The notes under the pieces were generated by a model, which did no database searches, was not told the DNA's origin, and saw only the letters and a program-made list of their open reading frames with translations. DNA of 64,000 bases, taken from positions 115,940-179,939 of the forward strand of contig JBNKTL010000002.1 of assembly GCA_050298055.1 (NCBI GenBank). Direction: 5' to 3'. Origin of the DNA: Spirochaetota bacterium. Lineage in GTDB: Bacteria > Spirochaetota > UBA4802 > UBA5550. A program made the position numbers and the translations under genes. This document shows positions 1-9,835 of the stretch, piece by piece (position 1 is the stretch's first letter; the number at the start of each line of letters is the position of its first letter).

Positions 1-708
1 GCCGCTCTCCTTTTCATCACCGGAAACAACAGATGCCTTGAATGCCACATTTCTTTCTACAAGCTCTTCCATCACGGATGTATTAAGAATACTCTCAAGA
101 TCATGATCAGCAAGAATGTTGAGAGTCCTCTCTTCACCCAGAAGACCATGTTTCAGGACTTCGGAAAGCCCGTTTTTAAGTTCATCTTCAGGGAGGGTTT
201 CCAGAAACCTCATGTCGCTTGCAACCATTACCGGCTGATGGAAAGCACCGGCCATGTTCTTCCCATGGGAAAGGTTGACTGCGACCTTGCCTCCTATGCT
301 TGAATCGACCATGGCAAGCAGAGTTGTGGGAACCTGGATTACGGAAATACCCCTCATAAAGAGGGCCGCAAGATATCCCGCAAAATCTCCCACAACACCT
401 CCGCCTATGGCAACAACAAGCGACTTTCTGCTGAGGCCGCTTTCAATAAACTTCTCCAGAAAGCCGCCGGCATAGCCGTAATTTTTATTTTTTTCAGAAT
501 CATCCATGAGAAAGGTGGTGCATTCTCCGAAAAAATCCAGGGAATCCTCAATATAATCCCTGTGCAGAGAAAAGACCCGTGAGCTTCCAACCAGTACAAT
601 CCTGTCAGGAGTAAGTTTGTCAACAATAGCATTTACCCGGTTAAGTGATGATTCTCCGATGACCGCACTGTAACTCTTTTCACCTGTTGAGACAACAAGT
701 TCTTTCAC
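1..708 (-). CDS. aroB: 3-dehydroquinate synthase (runs off the window start)
   Basis: Not in the ORF track; translated by hand from GTG 708-706, which overlaps the NUDIX TGA: MKELVVSTGEKSY...VVAIGGGVVGDFAGYLAALFMRGISVIQVPTTLLAMVDSSIGGKVAVNLSHGKNMAGAFHQP. These are canonical AroB motifs. Confidence 0.95.
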   Translation of the reverse strand, partial: MKELVVSTGEKSYSAVIGESSLNRVNAIVDKLTPDRIVLVGSSRVFSLHRDYIEDSLDFFGECTTFLMDDSEKNKNYGYAGGFLEKFIESGLSRKSLVVAIGGGVVGDFAGYLAALFMRGISVIQVPTTLLAMVDSSIGGKVAVNLSHGKNMAGAFHQPVMVASDMRFLETLPEDELKNGLSEVLKHGLLGEERTLNILADHDLESILNTSVMEELVERNVAFKASVVSGDEKESG

Positions 709-1154
709 TTACGCCACATTTTTCCAATATAAATTTCGCATTCTTTGCCGTCCATTATTGAAATCAGCTCGTTATTAACCGGGGGAAAGATCTTTATTTT
801 TTCTATCTCCTTCCTGGTGAAAAACTCATACCCCAGAAGTCTCTCCTCCTGCCCGATGGAATAATCTCCCCTGTTATATGAGCAGTGGAAAAATATATTG
901 ATAATATGTCTCTCGCCGGTAGGATCTATTGAATCGCAGATAAATGCCGGCCGGTGAACATTAATTGTTATGTTGAGCTCTTCCTTGAACTCCCTGACGA
1001 GAGCTTCCTCCAGAGATTCGCCAAAATCCACTCCCCCTCCGGGAAGCAGCCAGTAAATATCCGGTCCTTTTTTATGGGATATAAGCAGCAGCCTGTTATC
1101 ATCCACAATAATGCCGGCTACCCTGACCCTGACATTTTTTCCATTCTCATTCAA
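705..1154 (-). CDS. NUDIX hydrolase
   Basis: Nudix box PGGGVDFGESLEEALVREFKEELNI. Confidence 0.92.
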   Translation of the reverse strand: MNENGKNVRVRVAGIIVDDNRLLLISHKKGPDIYWLLPGGGVDFGESLEEALVREFKEELNITINVHRPAFICDSIDPTGERHIINIFFHCSYNRGDYSIGQEERLLGYEFFTRKEIEKIKIFPPVNNELISIMDGKECEIYIGKMWRK

Positions 1155-1912
1155 AAGCTGTTCGTATCCTTATCAATATTTTCAAGGGCATCCCTCGCCG
1201 CTTTCATCTCGGCTTTCCTCTTGCTGCCCCCCCTGCCATTGGAGACCTCCCTGCCGTTTATGAGAAGCCTTACGATAAATTCTTTACTATGCGCCGGCCC
1301 AATTTCATCGGTAACTTCGTATACGGGGCTTTTCTTATATTTTTTCTGGACATACTCCTGGAGCCGGGTCTTGGGATCAGTAAGGGTCGCCTGGTTGCTT
1401 ACATTATCAATCTTCTTCTTGAAATGCTTGAGTATGAACTTTCTGCTCTGTTTGAGTCCCTGGTCCAGGTATATGGCACCAATGAGGGACTCAAGTGTAT
1501 TTGCAAGTATGGATATTCTCTCTCTGCCTCCACTGTGCTCTTCACCCTTGCCCATAAGGATAAACCCGCCAATATTGAGATTTGAGGAGACGACTGCCAG
1601 AGATTCATCGGAAACGATTACCGATTTCATCTTTGCCAGGTTCCCTTCCTGGTACTCAAGAAATCTCTTGAAAAGATATTCACTTATAATAAATCCGAGC
1701 ACTGAGTCTCCCAGGTGTTCAAGTCTTTCATTGTCCTTTACATCATTCCCCGTTTCATTGATGAATGACCTGTGAGTAAGCGCCGTATTCAATATGCGTT
1801 TGTCATTGAACTTGATATTAAGGATGCTTTCAAGTTTTGAAAGCTGCCGGGACCGGCTCTTTCGCGCCTTCTCTTTCTGTTTTTTCGGGCTGGACTTATC
1901 TTCTTTTGACAT
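1151..1912 (-). CDS. rnc: Ribonuclease III
   Basis: ALTHRS, NERLEHLGDSVLG signature, C-terminal dsRBD (DPKTRLQEY...GPAHSKEF...KAEMKAARDAL); basic N-terminal extension. Confidence 0.97.
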   Translation of the reverse strand: MSKEDKSSPKKQKEKARKSRSRQLSKLESILNIKFNDKRILNTALTHRSFINETGNDVKDNERLEHLGDSVLGFIISEYLFKRFLEYQEGNLAKMKSVIVSDESLAVVSSNLNIGGFILMGKGEEHSGGRERISILANTLESLIGAIYLDQGLKQSRKFILKHFKKKIDNVSNQATLTDPKTRLQEYVQKKYKKSPVYEVTDEIGPAHSKEFIVRLLINGREVSNGRGGSKRKAEMKAARDALENIDKDTNSF

Positions 1913-2030
1913 TACCAGGATTTCCCAGTGTTCTTTTAATCTGTAATTTATGTATCATATACTGCCTTCAATTATTATCGACTGTTATAAACTGTCAAGT
2001 TATAAGAAAACCTCTGTCAATTATTTTTAT

Positions 2031-2076
2031 TAAGTTCCCCGGCGTGGCTAAGAATAATCAGTAGAGCTGAGTAGCC
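2031..2076 (-). repeat. Degenerate partial copy of the dispersed TIR/hairpin element
   Basis: Minus strand reads GGCTACTCAGCTCT...CGCCGGGGAAC, resembling the element end GTAACTACTCAGCT and the GGGGAAC of the 36953 copy. Confidence 0.45.
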
Positions 2077-2090
2077 ATATTCAATAAACT

Positions 2091-2116
2091 AAAAAAGGAT
2101 GCTGTCACCAGCATCC
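2091..2116 (-). terminator. Intrinsic terminator after rpmF
   Basis: Stem GGATGCTG/CAGCATCC followed by a T6 run on the minus strand. Confidence 0.75.
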
Positions 2117-2141
2117 CTCTTACATGAAATTGATTTAAGAA

Positions 2142-2333
2142 TCAGTCTTTTATCTTCATCTTTTTCTCTACGACCAGCTGCCCCTTGTAGTAGCCGCACT
2201 CCGGGCATACCCTGTGGGGCATGACGTATGCATTACACTTGGGACATGGCCTTAAAGAAGGCACTCCAATAGCATCATGAGACCTTCTCATTCTTGATTT
2301 TGATTTTGATTTTCTTCTCTTTGGTACTGCCAC
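2142..2333 (-). CDS. rpmF: 50S ribosomal protein L32 (zinc-ribbon type)
   Basis: [11 protein letters not shown]...CPKC...[16 protein letters not shown] start with a GGAG SD. Confidence 0.98.
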   Translation of the reverse strand: MAVPKRRKSKSKSRMRRSHDAIGVPSLRPCPKCNAYVMPHRVCPECGYYKGQLVVEKKMKIKD

Positions 2334-2448
2334 GTCTATCTCCCGTTCGTTTAATAATAATTAGTGATGTTCAAAATCATATCCGGATATGTCAACAAAA
2401 TTTTTCAGGATATTCTAATAATGTTCACCAGTGTAAAATTAATAGGTT

Positions 2449-3135
2449 TTAAAGCCCTACAAGGAAAAGCCGCTTTCTTGCCTTTTCAGCAAAGGCTGAT
2501 CGAGGGAAGAGTGAAATAACACGATTAAAATAGATGACCGCATCTTCTTTTCTCTTTTGCATTGAATAGAGCCTTCCCATATTATAAAATGCCTGGTCGG
2601 CAATGACGCTGTCACTGTAATCAGCCTCTATCTTTTTGTAAATGCTCAATGCCCCTTTTAAATCACCACCCTCTTCCAGGGCAACCGCCGCCTTGTTAAG
2701 GGCAACAGAAGCAAGCAGTTCAGATCCGGTCGTATCGGAAAATTTGACCAGGAATTTGTGCGCTTCCTTATAATTCTTTTCTGAATAGTAGAGGTTCCCG
2801 ATGTGATAATTGACAATATCATCAACAAACCCAAACTTTACAGAACCTGAAAGTGTCTTGAGGTCCTCAAGGGTTTTCTTTGTAATTTCCGGGTCCTTCT
2901 CTCTGTTCTTTTCATAGTTGTCCATGATCTTTTCATAGATAGCAAGATGTTTCTCAAGATGGTTTGAATAGTAGAGCAGCCCGATAATCAATGCTACCAC
3001 AAGAACTCCCACCGCAATTAGTATATTTACAGTTTTTTTCCTGTTATCCTTAATGAAATCCCGGGCATTCATAATTGTCCTTTCAACGGGATTTCTTTCT
3101 ATTTCTATGTCTTTTCTGACTTTTATCTTTGCCAT
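2449..3135 (-). CDS. Membrane-anchored TPR protein (YfgM-like)
   Basis: Single N-proximal TM helix followed by TPR-like helices ending FPRSAFAEKARKRL. Confidence 0.75.
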   Translation of the reverse strand: MAKIKVRKDIEIERNPVERTIMNARDFIKDNRKKTVNILIAVGVLVVALIIGLLYYSNHLEKHLAIYEKIMDNYEKNREKDPEITKKTLEDLKTLSGSVKFGFVDDIVNYHIGNLYYSEKNYKEAHKFLVKFSDTTGSELLASVALNKAAVALEEGGDLKGALSIYKKIEADYSDSVIADQAFYNMGRLYSMQKRKEDAVIYFNRVISLFPRSAFAEKARKRLFLVGL

Positions 3136-3137
3136 AC

Positions 3138-4823
3138 CTATTCTTTATCTTCCAGTTTAATATCTACAAAATCGCCAAGAGTGGCCTTTCGTGATCCTGT
3201 GTTATCCAGTATCTTTTTAAGCTCTTCCTTCTCCGATTTTATTTCGAACTGTTTGATGCTCAATGAAAGCCTTTTCTTCTCAACATCAACACCGAGAACT
3301 GTTGCCTGCAGGCTCTCACCTTCCTTAAAATGATCTTCCAGGTTCTCTATCCTCGATGTTGATACCTCGGATACGTGAACAAGCCCTTCTACATTCTCCT
3401 CAAGCTTGAGGAAGATACCGAACTGGGTTATACCTGAGATAACTCCGTCAACAATAGTCCCGGGCCTGTACTTTTCACTGATAACTTCCCAGGGTGACTT
3501 GGTAAGCTGCTTGATACCGCAGGAGATCCTCATCTCGGATTTGTTGATGTCAAGTATCTTGACTTCAACCTCATCGTTAACCTTATAGAGGTCCGCGGCA
3601 TCTTTCTTTTCATCACTCCAGGAGAGATCAGATACATGCACAAGTCCGTCAATATCATTTTCAAGCTCAACAAACATACCGAACTTAACGATCTTTTTGA
3701 CCTTCTTTTTATGCACCGAACCAACCGGGAATTTCTCTTCAATTGTATCCCAGGGATTTTCAAGAAGCTGCTTCATTCCAAGAAGTATTCTCTTCTCCTC
3801 TTTGTTTACTTCGAGAATAGTAAGCTCCGCCATTTCTCCCTTTTTAAAGTAATCAAAAGCATTGGGATTGTTCTTTGTCCAGGAAATATCAGAACTCCTT
3901 ACAAATCCGTCTATGTCTTCATCAACCTCAATAAAGGCACCTGTATTGATAATGGTTATCACCTTTCCGGAAATCCTGTCACCCACCTTATATCTTTCAT
4001 CTATGTTCAGCCAGGGATCTTCCTTAAGCTGCTTGAGGCCAAGGGATATCTTGTGATCGGCTTCATTGATATCCAGAATTAAAAATTCCCTCTCCTCACC
4101 AAGCTTGAGGATTTTCCTCTGCTTAAAAACATTCTTCCATGACATGTCATTCCTGTGAAGAAGAGCATCGATCCCCTCAATCCTGATAAAAGCACCAAAC
4201 TCCACAAACTTTACCGGCTCGCCCTTTATCCTGTCACCCGCCTTGTAATTTGCCAGGAAGTTATCCCAGACCTCCTTATTTCTTGAATCCAGGAAGTCCT
4301 TTCTCGAGAGAATGACCGATTTTTTCTTGGGATTTATACTGTTGATAATGAATTCATATTCTTCTTCTGATGAAGAGATTTTTTTGAGATCAGCGGCCAG
4401 TGAATAAGGAAGAAACGCCGTAAGATTTTCACATTCAACTATTTTCCCTTTTTTCGTAGCACTGCTTATTTTTCCCTTAATTGCGTGAGCATCTTCTTTA
4501 TATGTTTCAAGGAAACTCTGCCAGCGTTTCTCGGTATCAGCTGCGATCTTTGAAAACTGGTAAACTCCGTCCACAAGTCTTCTGCTCTGCAGCATGACAT
4601 CGATCACATCCCCCACCTGAGGTTTCTCATCGAACTCCTCAAGTGAAATGCCGCCATCAGATTTAATTCCAACATTTACATAAGCATATTCTGAATCAAT
4701 TGTTACAATCTCGCCCCTTACTATCTTACCGGGCTGAATGCTATCCAAAGCAGAGTCTGCAACATGTTCCATATTTATTGCATCAACCGCTTCACTGTTT
4801 TCTTCTCTATGGTCCATAACCAA
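3138..4823 (-). CDS. rpsA: 30S ribosomal protein S1
   Basis: Repeated S1 domains (FGAFIRIEGIDALLH, FGMFVELENDIDGLVHVSDLSW, FGIFLKLEENVEGLVHVSE); follows cmk. Confidence 0.96.
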   Translation of the reverse strand: MVMDHREENSEAVDAINMEHVADSALDSIQPGKIVRGEIVTIDSEYAYVNVGIKSDGGISLEEFDEKPQVGDVIDVMLQSRRLVDGVYQFSKIAADTEKRWQSFLETYKEDAHAIKGKISSATKKGKIVECENLTAFLPYSLAADLKKISSSEEEYEFIINSINPKKKSVILSRKDFLDSRNKEVWDNFLANYKAGDRIKGEPVKFVEFGAFIRIEGIDALLHRNDMSWKNVFKQRKILKLGEEREFLILDINEADHKISLGLKQLKEDPWLNIDERYKVGDRISGKVITIINTGAFIEVDEDIDGFVRSSDISWTKNNPNAFDYFKKGEMAELTILEVNKEEKRILLGMKQLLENPWDTIEEKFPVGSVHKKKVKKIVKFGMFVELENDIDGLVHVSDLSWSDEKKDAADLYKVNDEVEVKILDINKSEMRISCGIKQLTKSPWEVISEKYRPGTIVDGVISGITQFGIFLKLEENVEGLVHVSEVSTSRIENLEDHFKEGESLQATVLGVDVEKKRLSLSIKQFEIKSEKEELKKILDNTGSRKATLGDFVDIKLEDKE

Positions 4824-4848
4824 CCATCCCTAAAATATTAACTTTTTT

Positions 4849-4892
4849 TGTAACTACTCCGCTATCAGCAAGAATATATCTAAGTAGTTACA
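4849..4892. repeat. Minimal inverted-repeat element (TIR family) upstream of rpsA
   Basis: Perfect 10-bp IR TGTAACTACT (4849-4858) / AGTAGTTACA (4883-4892), matching the ends of the other copies. Confidence 0.65.
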
Positions 4893-5018
4893 TTTTTTTT
4901 TATGAACAGCCGCCTTTTTACAGGAGACTTGAAAAATGCGACTTTAAACGTTTTATTGACAGGCTGCATGAAAAATGTTTTACTTCAATAGCAATCCTTT
5001 TGTCATTCTGATCAGTTT

Positions 5019-5696
5019 TTACCTGTTTATAAGATCGGATATCAGGGAATTTAATTTTTCAATAACACTTTCCTTGCTCATGTGAGAAGTATCAATATAG
5101 ATGACATCCTTGGCCTGCTGAAGTTTTCCGAATACTCTTGACATGTCTTCCTTATCTCTCAGTATAATTTGTTTTTTCACTTCATTTTCGTCAAGATTTT
5201 TTCCCATTTCCCTGTATTCTTTAATTCTTCTCATTGCCCGCGCCTCTACATCAGCGTCCAGGTATATCTTCATTTCGGCATGGGGGAAAACAACGGTGCC
5301 AATATCCCTTCCGTCCATTATTATTGATTCATCTTCGGCCCAGTTCCTCAGGGTCCTGTTCACAAAGTTTCTTATATCAATATTATCAGAAATAATACCG
5401 ATATTTTTCGCAATATTTTCATTTCTTATTTTTCCGGAAACATCATCACCATTTACAAATGTGGAACACCCCCCGTCCCTGAATTCCTGGGTTATCACAA
5501 TCCCCGGGAGGTCACGGGAAAAGTCCGTCTCTTTTTCCACTTTCCCGTAGAGTGAAAGGAAATACCAGGTAAGCGACCTGTAGAGGGCCCCGGAATCGAT
5601 ATACTTAAGCCCAAGCGCCGATGCGACCTCTTTGGAAACACTGCTCTTCCCGGAACCGGCCGGACCGTCAACTGCTACTGTGATTCTCCTTCTCAT
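5019..5696 (-). CDS. cmk: Cytidylate kinase
   Basis: DGPAGSGKSS P-loop, YIDSGALYR, MDGRDIGTVVFP. Confidence 0.97.
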   Translation of the reverse strand: MRRRITVAVDGPAGSGKSSVSKEVASALGLKYIDSGALYRSLTWYFLSLYGKVEKETDFSRDLPGIVITQEFRDGGCSTFVNGDDVSGKIRNENIAKNIGIISDNIDIRNFVNRTLRNWAEDESIIMDGRDIGTVVFPHAEMKIYLDADVEARAMRRIKEYREMGKNLDENEVKKQIILRDKEDMSRVFGKLQQAKDVIYIDTSHMSKESVIEKLNSLISDLINR

Positions 5697-6586
5697 TTCA
5701 AACCGTCTCTGAACTCTTTTATCCTGTGGAAAAAATCTTCAATTTCATCCGGTTCAACTCCTTCCCGTTGAATAAGTTCCCTGAAGTTTTCAAGGGCCTT
5801 TATCATCTCTTCTATTGATTCAGAGAGAAACCGGCGGTTCATCACTGAGATGTCCCTCCACATAACCGGTGAACCGGAAGAAATCCTTGTCATATCGTTG
5901 AATCCCCTGCCGATAAAATCCGAAATACTGTTTTCACTACTCTTTTTATCGAGAAATTCCCTGAGGACTTCCACGAGGCTGCAGGAAACAACATGGGGAA
6001 GGTGACTTGTCACGGCAACCGTGATGTCATGAGACCGTGGTGTTTCAATACATGTCTCTGCGCCCAGGAGCCTCCAGAAATCCTCAACCCTCCTTACCTG
6101 CCGGGGACTATTCTTCTCTGCAGGTGTAATTATCACCGAGGCGCCTTTATAGAGATCCGGTGAACTTGAGCCGTACCCGCTCTCTTCGGAACCGGCCATG
6201 GGATGGCACCCAATGAATTGCCCGCTCTTCCCGCATCCTGAAACCTTCTCGATAATGGGAGTCTTCACGCTGCCCACATCAATAACAATGGTCTCCTTCT
6301 CAAGATCATCCCTGTGCAATATATCTTCGATGATGTTCACGGATGTTACAACCGGGGTGGCCACAATAATAAAATCAAGTCCCTTAAGATCAAGCCTCTC
6401 AAGGAGTTCAATCCTGTCTACTGCTCCGTCATCGTTTGCCCGGGAAAGCCTGTTTATGTCCCTGCCGTAACCGGAGATCTCAATTTTCGGATTTACCTGT
6501 TTGAGGGATTTGCAGACAGATCCGCCCAGGAGCCCCAAACCGATAACGGCAATTTTCTCTATCCTGTTTGTGCTGTTACTGTTCAT
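5693..6586 (-). CDS. tyrA: Prephenate/arogenate dehydrogenase
   Basis: GLGLLGGS Rossmann motif, DVGSVK, HPMAGSE, SHLPH. Confidence 0.95.
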   Translation of the reverse strand: MNSNSTNRIEKIAVIGLGLLGGSVCKSLKQVNPKIEISGYGRDINRLSRANDDGAVDRIELLERLDLKGLDFIIVATPVVTSVNIIEDILHRDDLEKETIVIDVGSVKTPIIEKVSGCGKSGQFIGCHPMAGSEESGYGSSSPDLYKGASVIITPAEKNSPRQVRRVEDFWRLLGAETCIETPRSHDITVAVTSHLPHVVSCSLVEVLREFLDKKSSENSISDFIGRGFNDMTRISSGSPVMWRDISVMNRRFLSESIEEMIKALENFRELIQREGVEPDEIEDFFHRIKEFRDGLK

Positions 6587-6642
6587 ATGCAGGTTCTCTC
6601 TATTGATATCCGATATGCCGCAAAACAGAGAGCCAAAAAGAT

Positions 6643-7704
6643 CTATTGTTCAGTTCCAACCGGGTATGAACCAAGTATTTTTAAAAATACCGTCTTACTC
6701 TTCATATCCTGCAGGGCATCAACAACAATCCTGTCATTTTTATGCCCGGTGAAGTCAATAAAAAAATTGTACTCCCACATTCTTTTCTTATTTGGTCTCG
6801 ATTCAATTTTTGTCATGTTGATCCTGTGGCTGCTTAAAGGCTTCAGGAGATCAAGAAGCGCGCCGGGCTGATCCGTGATTGCGCAGACAATGGATGTCTT
6901 GTCATTTCCGGTGGGTGAACTCTCCTCCCTTCCTATGGCAAAAAACCTGGTATAGTTCTGTCTCAGGTCCTCAATTCTCTCTGCAAGGCTGTTCAGTCCG
7001 AATATTTCACCTGCAGCTACAGATGAAATGGCAGCACTCTTCTTCTCGCCGGATGAGATCTCCGCAGCCCGGGACGTTGAGTCTACGGGGACAATTTCAG
7101 CGTTGGGAAGGTTCTTTCTCAGCCACTCCTTGCACTGCCCCAGCGGCTGTGGGTGTGAATAGACCCTGTGAATATCCTTTAAATGCTTCTCCCGGGAAAA
7201 GAGAGAGTAGGATATCTTTATGTTTTTCTCAGCCACAATGCAGAGATCGGTTTCAATCAGTTCATCCAGAGTAAAAGTCACGCCGCCTTCCGTGCTGTTT
7301 TCCACGGGCACAACACCGTAATGGGCATTCCCCGATTCCACTTCCCTGAAAATATCGGTTATGGTCTTGACCGGGAGCTTGTCAACAGAATCGCCAAAAA
7401 TCTCATTCATTGCCATATGGGTAAATGTGCCCTCAGGTCCCAGGAACGCAACCCGCACAGGCAGTACCAGGGAATATGATCCCGAGAGAATCTCCCTGTA
7501 TGCGTTCATTAAAATTCTTTTCAGATCCCTTTCTTTTTCCAGTGATTCAATAAAGTCCTGAAGAGCTTTTTTCTCTTCCAGGAGTGACGGGGTTTCTTCC
7601 TGTCCTGATCTTCTTGTGCTGATATAGGCGTCTATGCGTTCTTCAAAGAGCCTGATAATTTCACTGTCTATTTCCCTGATATCCCTTCCCATGGTTTCAC
7701 TCAT
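6643..7704 (-). CDS. pheA: Prephenate dehydratase with a degenerate N-terminal chorismate-mutase-like domain and a C-terminal ACT domain
   Basis: AFLGPEGTFT, VPVENSTEG, YSHPQPLGQC, NYTRFF, INMTKIESRP; ATG at 7704 preferred over TTG at 7710. Confidence 0.93.
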   Translation of the reverse strand: MSETMGRDIREIDSEIIRLFEERIDAYISTRRSGQEETPSLLEEKKALQDFIESLEKERDLKRILMNAYREILSGSYSLVLPVRVAFLGPEGTFTHMAMNEIFGDSVDKLPVKTITDIFREVESGNAHYGVVPVENSTEGGVTFTLDELIETDLCIVAEKNIKISYSLFSREKHLKDIHRVYSHPQPLGQCKEWLRKNLPNAEIVPVDSTSRAAEISSGEKKSAAISSVAAGEIFGLNSLAERIEDLRQNYTRFFAIGREESSPTGNDKTSIVCAITDQPGALLDLLKPLSSHRINMTKIESRPNKKRMWEYNFFIDFTGHKNDRIVVDALQDMKSKTVFLKILGSYPVGTEQ

Positions 7705-8317
7705 TATCAATGGAGAATTCTTTAATCTCTGATAGTTTGGGAAGGTCTGAAAGCCTGTTGAGCCCGAAGTATTCGAGGAATTTATCCGTAGTACCGTAGG
7801 AGAGGGGCCTGCCCGGAAGGTTTACCCGGCCCATGGGTTTAATCAGGTTTTTTTTCATCAGGTTAGCAACCATCATACGAGAAGAGACTCCCCGCAGTTC
7901 ATCAATATCGGCAAGCACAATGGGTTGTTTATACGCAATAATTGAGAGTGTTTCCAGCATTCCCTTTGAGAGTCTGTCCCTGCTCTTCATGCCCAGGGAC
8001 TGGCGAAGCTGTTTTGAATACCGTGAATGAGATACAAACTGATAGCCCTTTGCTACTTCTATAAGGATAATGCCGCCGTCACGTTCACTGTACTCATCCA
8101 GCAGTGAACCGAGAATAATCTTTGCATGTGTGGGATCTACCGAAAAGTTTTTAACAAAAAAAGATACAGGAAGAGGATCATTGCTTAAGAAGAGAGCTGC
8201 TTCAAAGAGTCCTCCCAGGTCAGATTCCTGTAATGAGGGAGACTCATCTTCAGAATCATCCATATGCTCCTTTTCAACAACACCCTGGTCCATCTCACTG
8301 ATACTCCTGTCTTCCAT
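7697..8317 (-). CDS. scpB: SMC-associated segregation/condensation protein B
   Basis: LETLSIIAYKQP...IDELRGV...PGRPLSYGTTDKFLEYFGL. Confidence 0.96.
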   Translation of the reverse strand: MEDRSISEMDQGVVEKEHMDDSEDESPSLQESDLGGLFEAALFLSNDPLPVSFFVKNFSVDPTHAKIILGSLLDEYSERDGGIILIEVAKGYQFVSHSRYSKQLRQSLGMKSRDRLSKGMLETLSIIAYKQPIVLADIDELRGVSSRMMVANLMKKNLIKPMGRVNLPGRPLSYGTTDKFLEYFGLNRLSDLPKLSEIKEFSIDNE

Positions 8318-8321
8318 GCTA

Positions 8322-9086
8322 TTAAGAAAGCTCCTCGGGCTTAAATCTCCTCTTGATTCTTATTTCACCGAATACCCTGTGCTGCACTATTTTTATTAAC
8401 CTGATCCTGGTCATTTCAAGTATTGCAAGAAAGGATGTCAATATCTCGATACGGTTATTAGCTGATTTGTAAATATCTGTAAAAAGAATCAACTCTTTTT
8501 TTGAGAGAATTTCCTTAATATACTCAATCTTATCACTCACCTGGATTTCATCAAATACAACTTCATCCTCTTCAATAACAACCTGAGATTCCAGGGCAGT
8601 TGCAAATGCTTTGAGAAGGTCAAAGAGCGAAATCTCAAGATAATCCTCTTCATCCTCCAGAGAATCAATGCTGCATACCCTCTCAAACATCTCCGATCGG
8701 AATTCATAGAGTTCTTTTAAATTTTCAGAGCTTTTCTGATACTTTTTATATTCCAGGAGTTTATTAATCAGTTCGGGAGGAAGAGGAGGAACAAAAAACT
8801 CATCATCAAGCTCCTCTGCAGGGAGGAGGGCCTTACTCTTGTAATAGAGAAGCTCAGATGCCATCCAGATGAACTCAGAAGCAATCTGCACATTGATTTC
8901 TTCCATAAGTTTGAGGTACTGGAGGTATTGTTCTGTGATACCGGAGAGGGAAATCTCGGTAATATCAATTTTGGATTTTTTTATCAGGTCCCAGAGAAGA
9001 TCAAGGGGACCGTCAAAGTTCTCTATGTGAATAGTGTGTTTTTTTAATTCACCGGATTCATCACTATTAATATGCTGGTTGTCCAT
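8322..9086 (-). CDS. scpA: SMC kleisin ScpA
   Basis: FDGPLDLLWDLIKK...ITEQYL...KSKALLP...FLAILEM. Confidence 0.95.
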   Translation of the reverse strand: MDNQHINSDESGELKKHTIHIENFDGPLDLLWDLIKKSKIDITEISLSGITEQYLQYLKLMEEINVQIASEFIWMASELLYYKSKALLPAEELDDEFFVPPLPPELINKLLEYKKYQKSSENLKELYEFRSEMFERVCSIDSLEDEEDYLEISLFDLLKAFATALESQVVIEEDEVVFDEIQVSDKIEYIKEILSKKELILFTDIYKSANNRIEILTSFLAILEMTRIRLIKIVQHRVFGEIRIKRRFKPEELS

Positions 9087-9140
9087 CTCTCATTTTACCG
9101 GATAGAATAATATCGCTGGTTTCAGTTTTTTTTAAATACT

Positions 9141-9182
9141 AAAAAATTCCCCTCTTGAGTAAAAGATACAAAAGAGGGGAAC
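9141..9182 (-). terminator. Probable terminator after cheY
   Basis: TTCCCCTCTT/AAGAGGGGAA inverted repeat followed by a T run on the minus strand. Confidence 0.55.
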
Positions 9183-9211
9183 CTTATGTCGCTCTATAAA
9201 ATTACGTGTAT

Positions 9212-9571
9212 TCAGGCAAGTGCTTTTTCAGCTGCCTTCTGGAGTCTTTCAGGGGGAAAGGGTTTTACAACAAAATCCTTTACACCAAGCTTAATCGCTT
9301 TGGTCAGCAGGTTCTCCTGTCCAAGAGCTGTCACCATAATTATTCTTGCCTGGGGATTTATCTGGAGAATCTCCTCGGCAGCTTCTATCCCGTCTTTTTC
9401 CCGCATTGTTATATCCATTGTTACAAGATCCGGATTCAGTTTCTTATAAAGATCTACTGCTTCATTTCCGTTTTCAGCTTCGCCAATAATTTCATGACCA
9501 CTGGGTACCAGCGCGTCTTTCACAAGGGTCCTCATGAACTTGGCATCATCAACGATTAATATTTTAGCCAT
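9212..9571 (-). CDS. cheY: Chemotaxis response regulator CheY
   Basis: Stand-alone receiver: VDD, DLVTMDITM, VTALG, VKPF; next to cheB. Confidence 0.93.
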   Translation of the reverse strand: MAKILIVDDAKFMRTLVKDALVPSGHEIIGEAENGNEAVDLYKKLNPDLVTMDITMREKDGIEAAEEILQINPQARIIMVTALGQENLLTKAIKLGVKDFVVKPFPPERLQKAAEKALA

Positions 9572-9835
9572 TAATAATCTCCAAAATATGTAATTTCATG
9601 TATATTCTAATATAATTAACGAATAATATCAAGGTTTAATATAAAAAAAATAAAAAAACCGGTACTCTGTTGAACTGATCCACAGGTAAAAGCAACAATT
9701 CATATCCGGCATTTAATGACAAAATAGTGTAAATTAAAATTAAATCAATTAAAATATTATTTATTTGATAAAATTCTTTTCACGAGAACCCGGTGATGTC
9801 TCACCATAAATCGATTGTTATATATAGTACAGATA

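Noticed and set aside
405..632. 75-aa minus-strand ORF and the + strand ORFs at 103 and 254
   Set aside because: Out-of-frame or antisense shadows of aroB.
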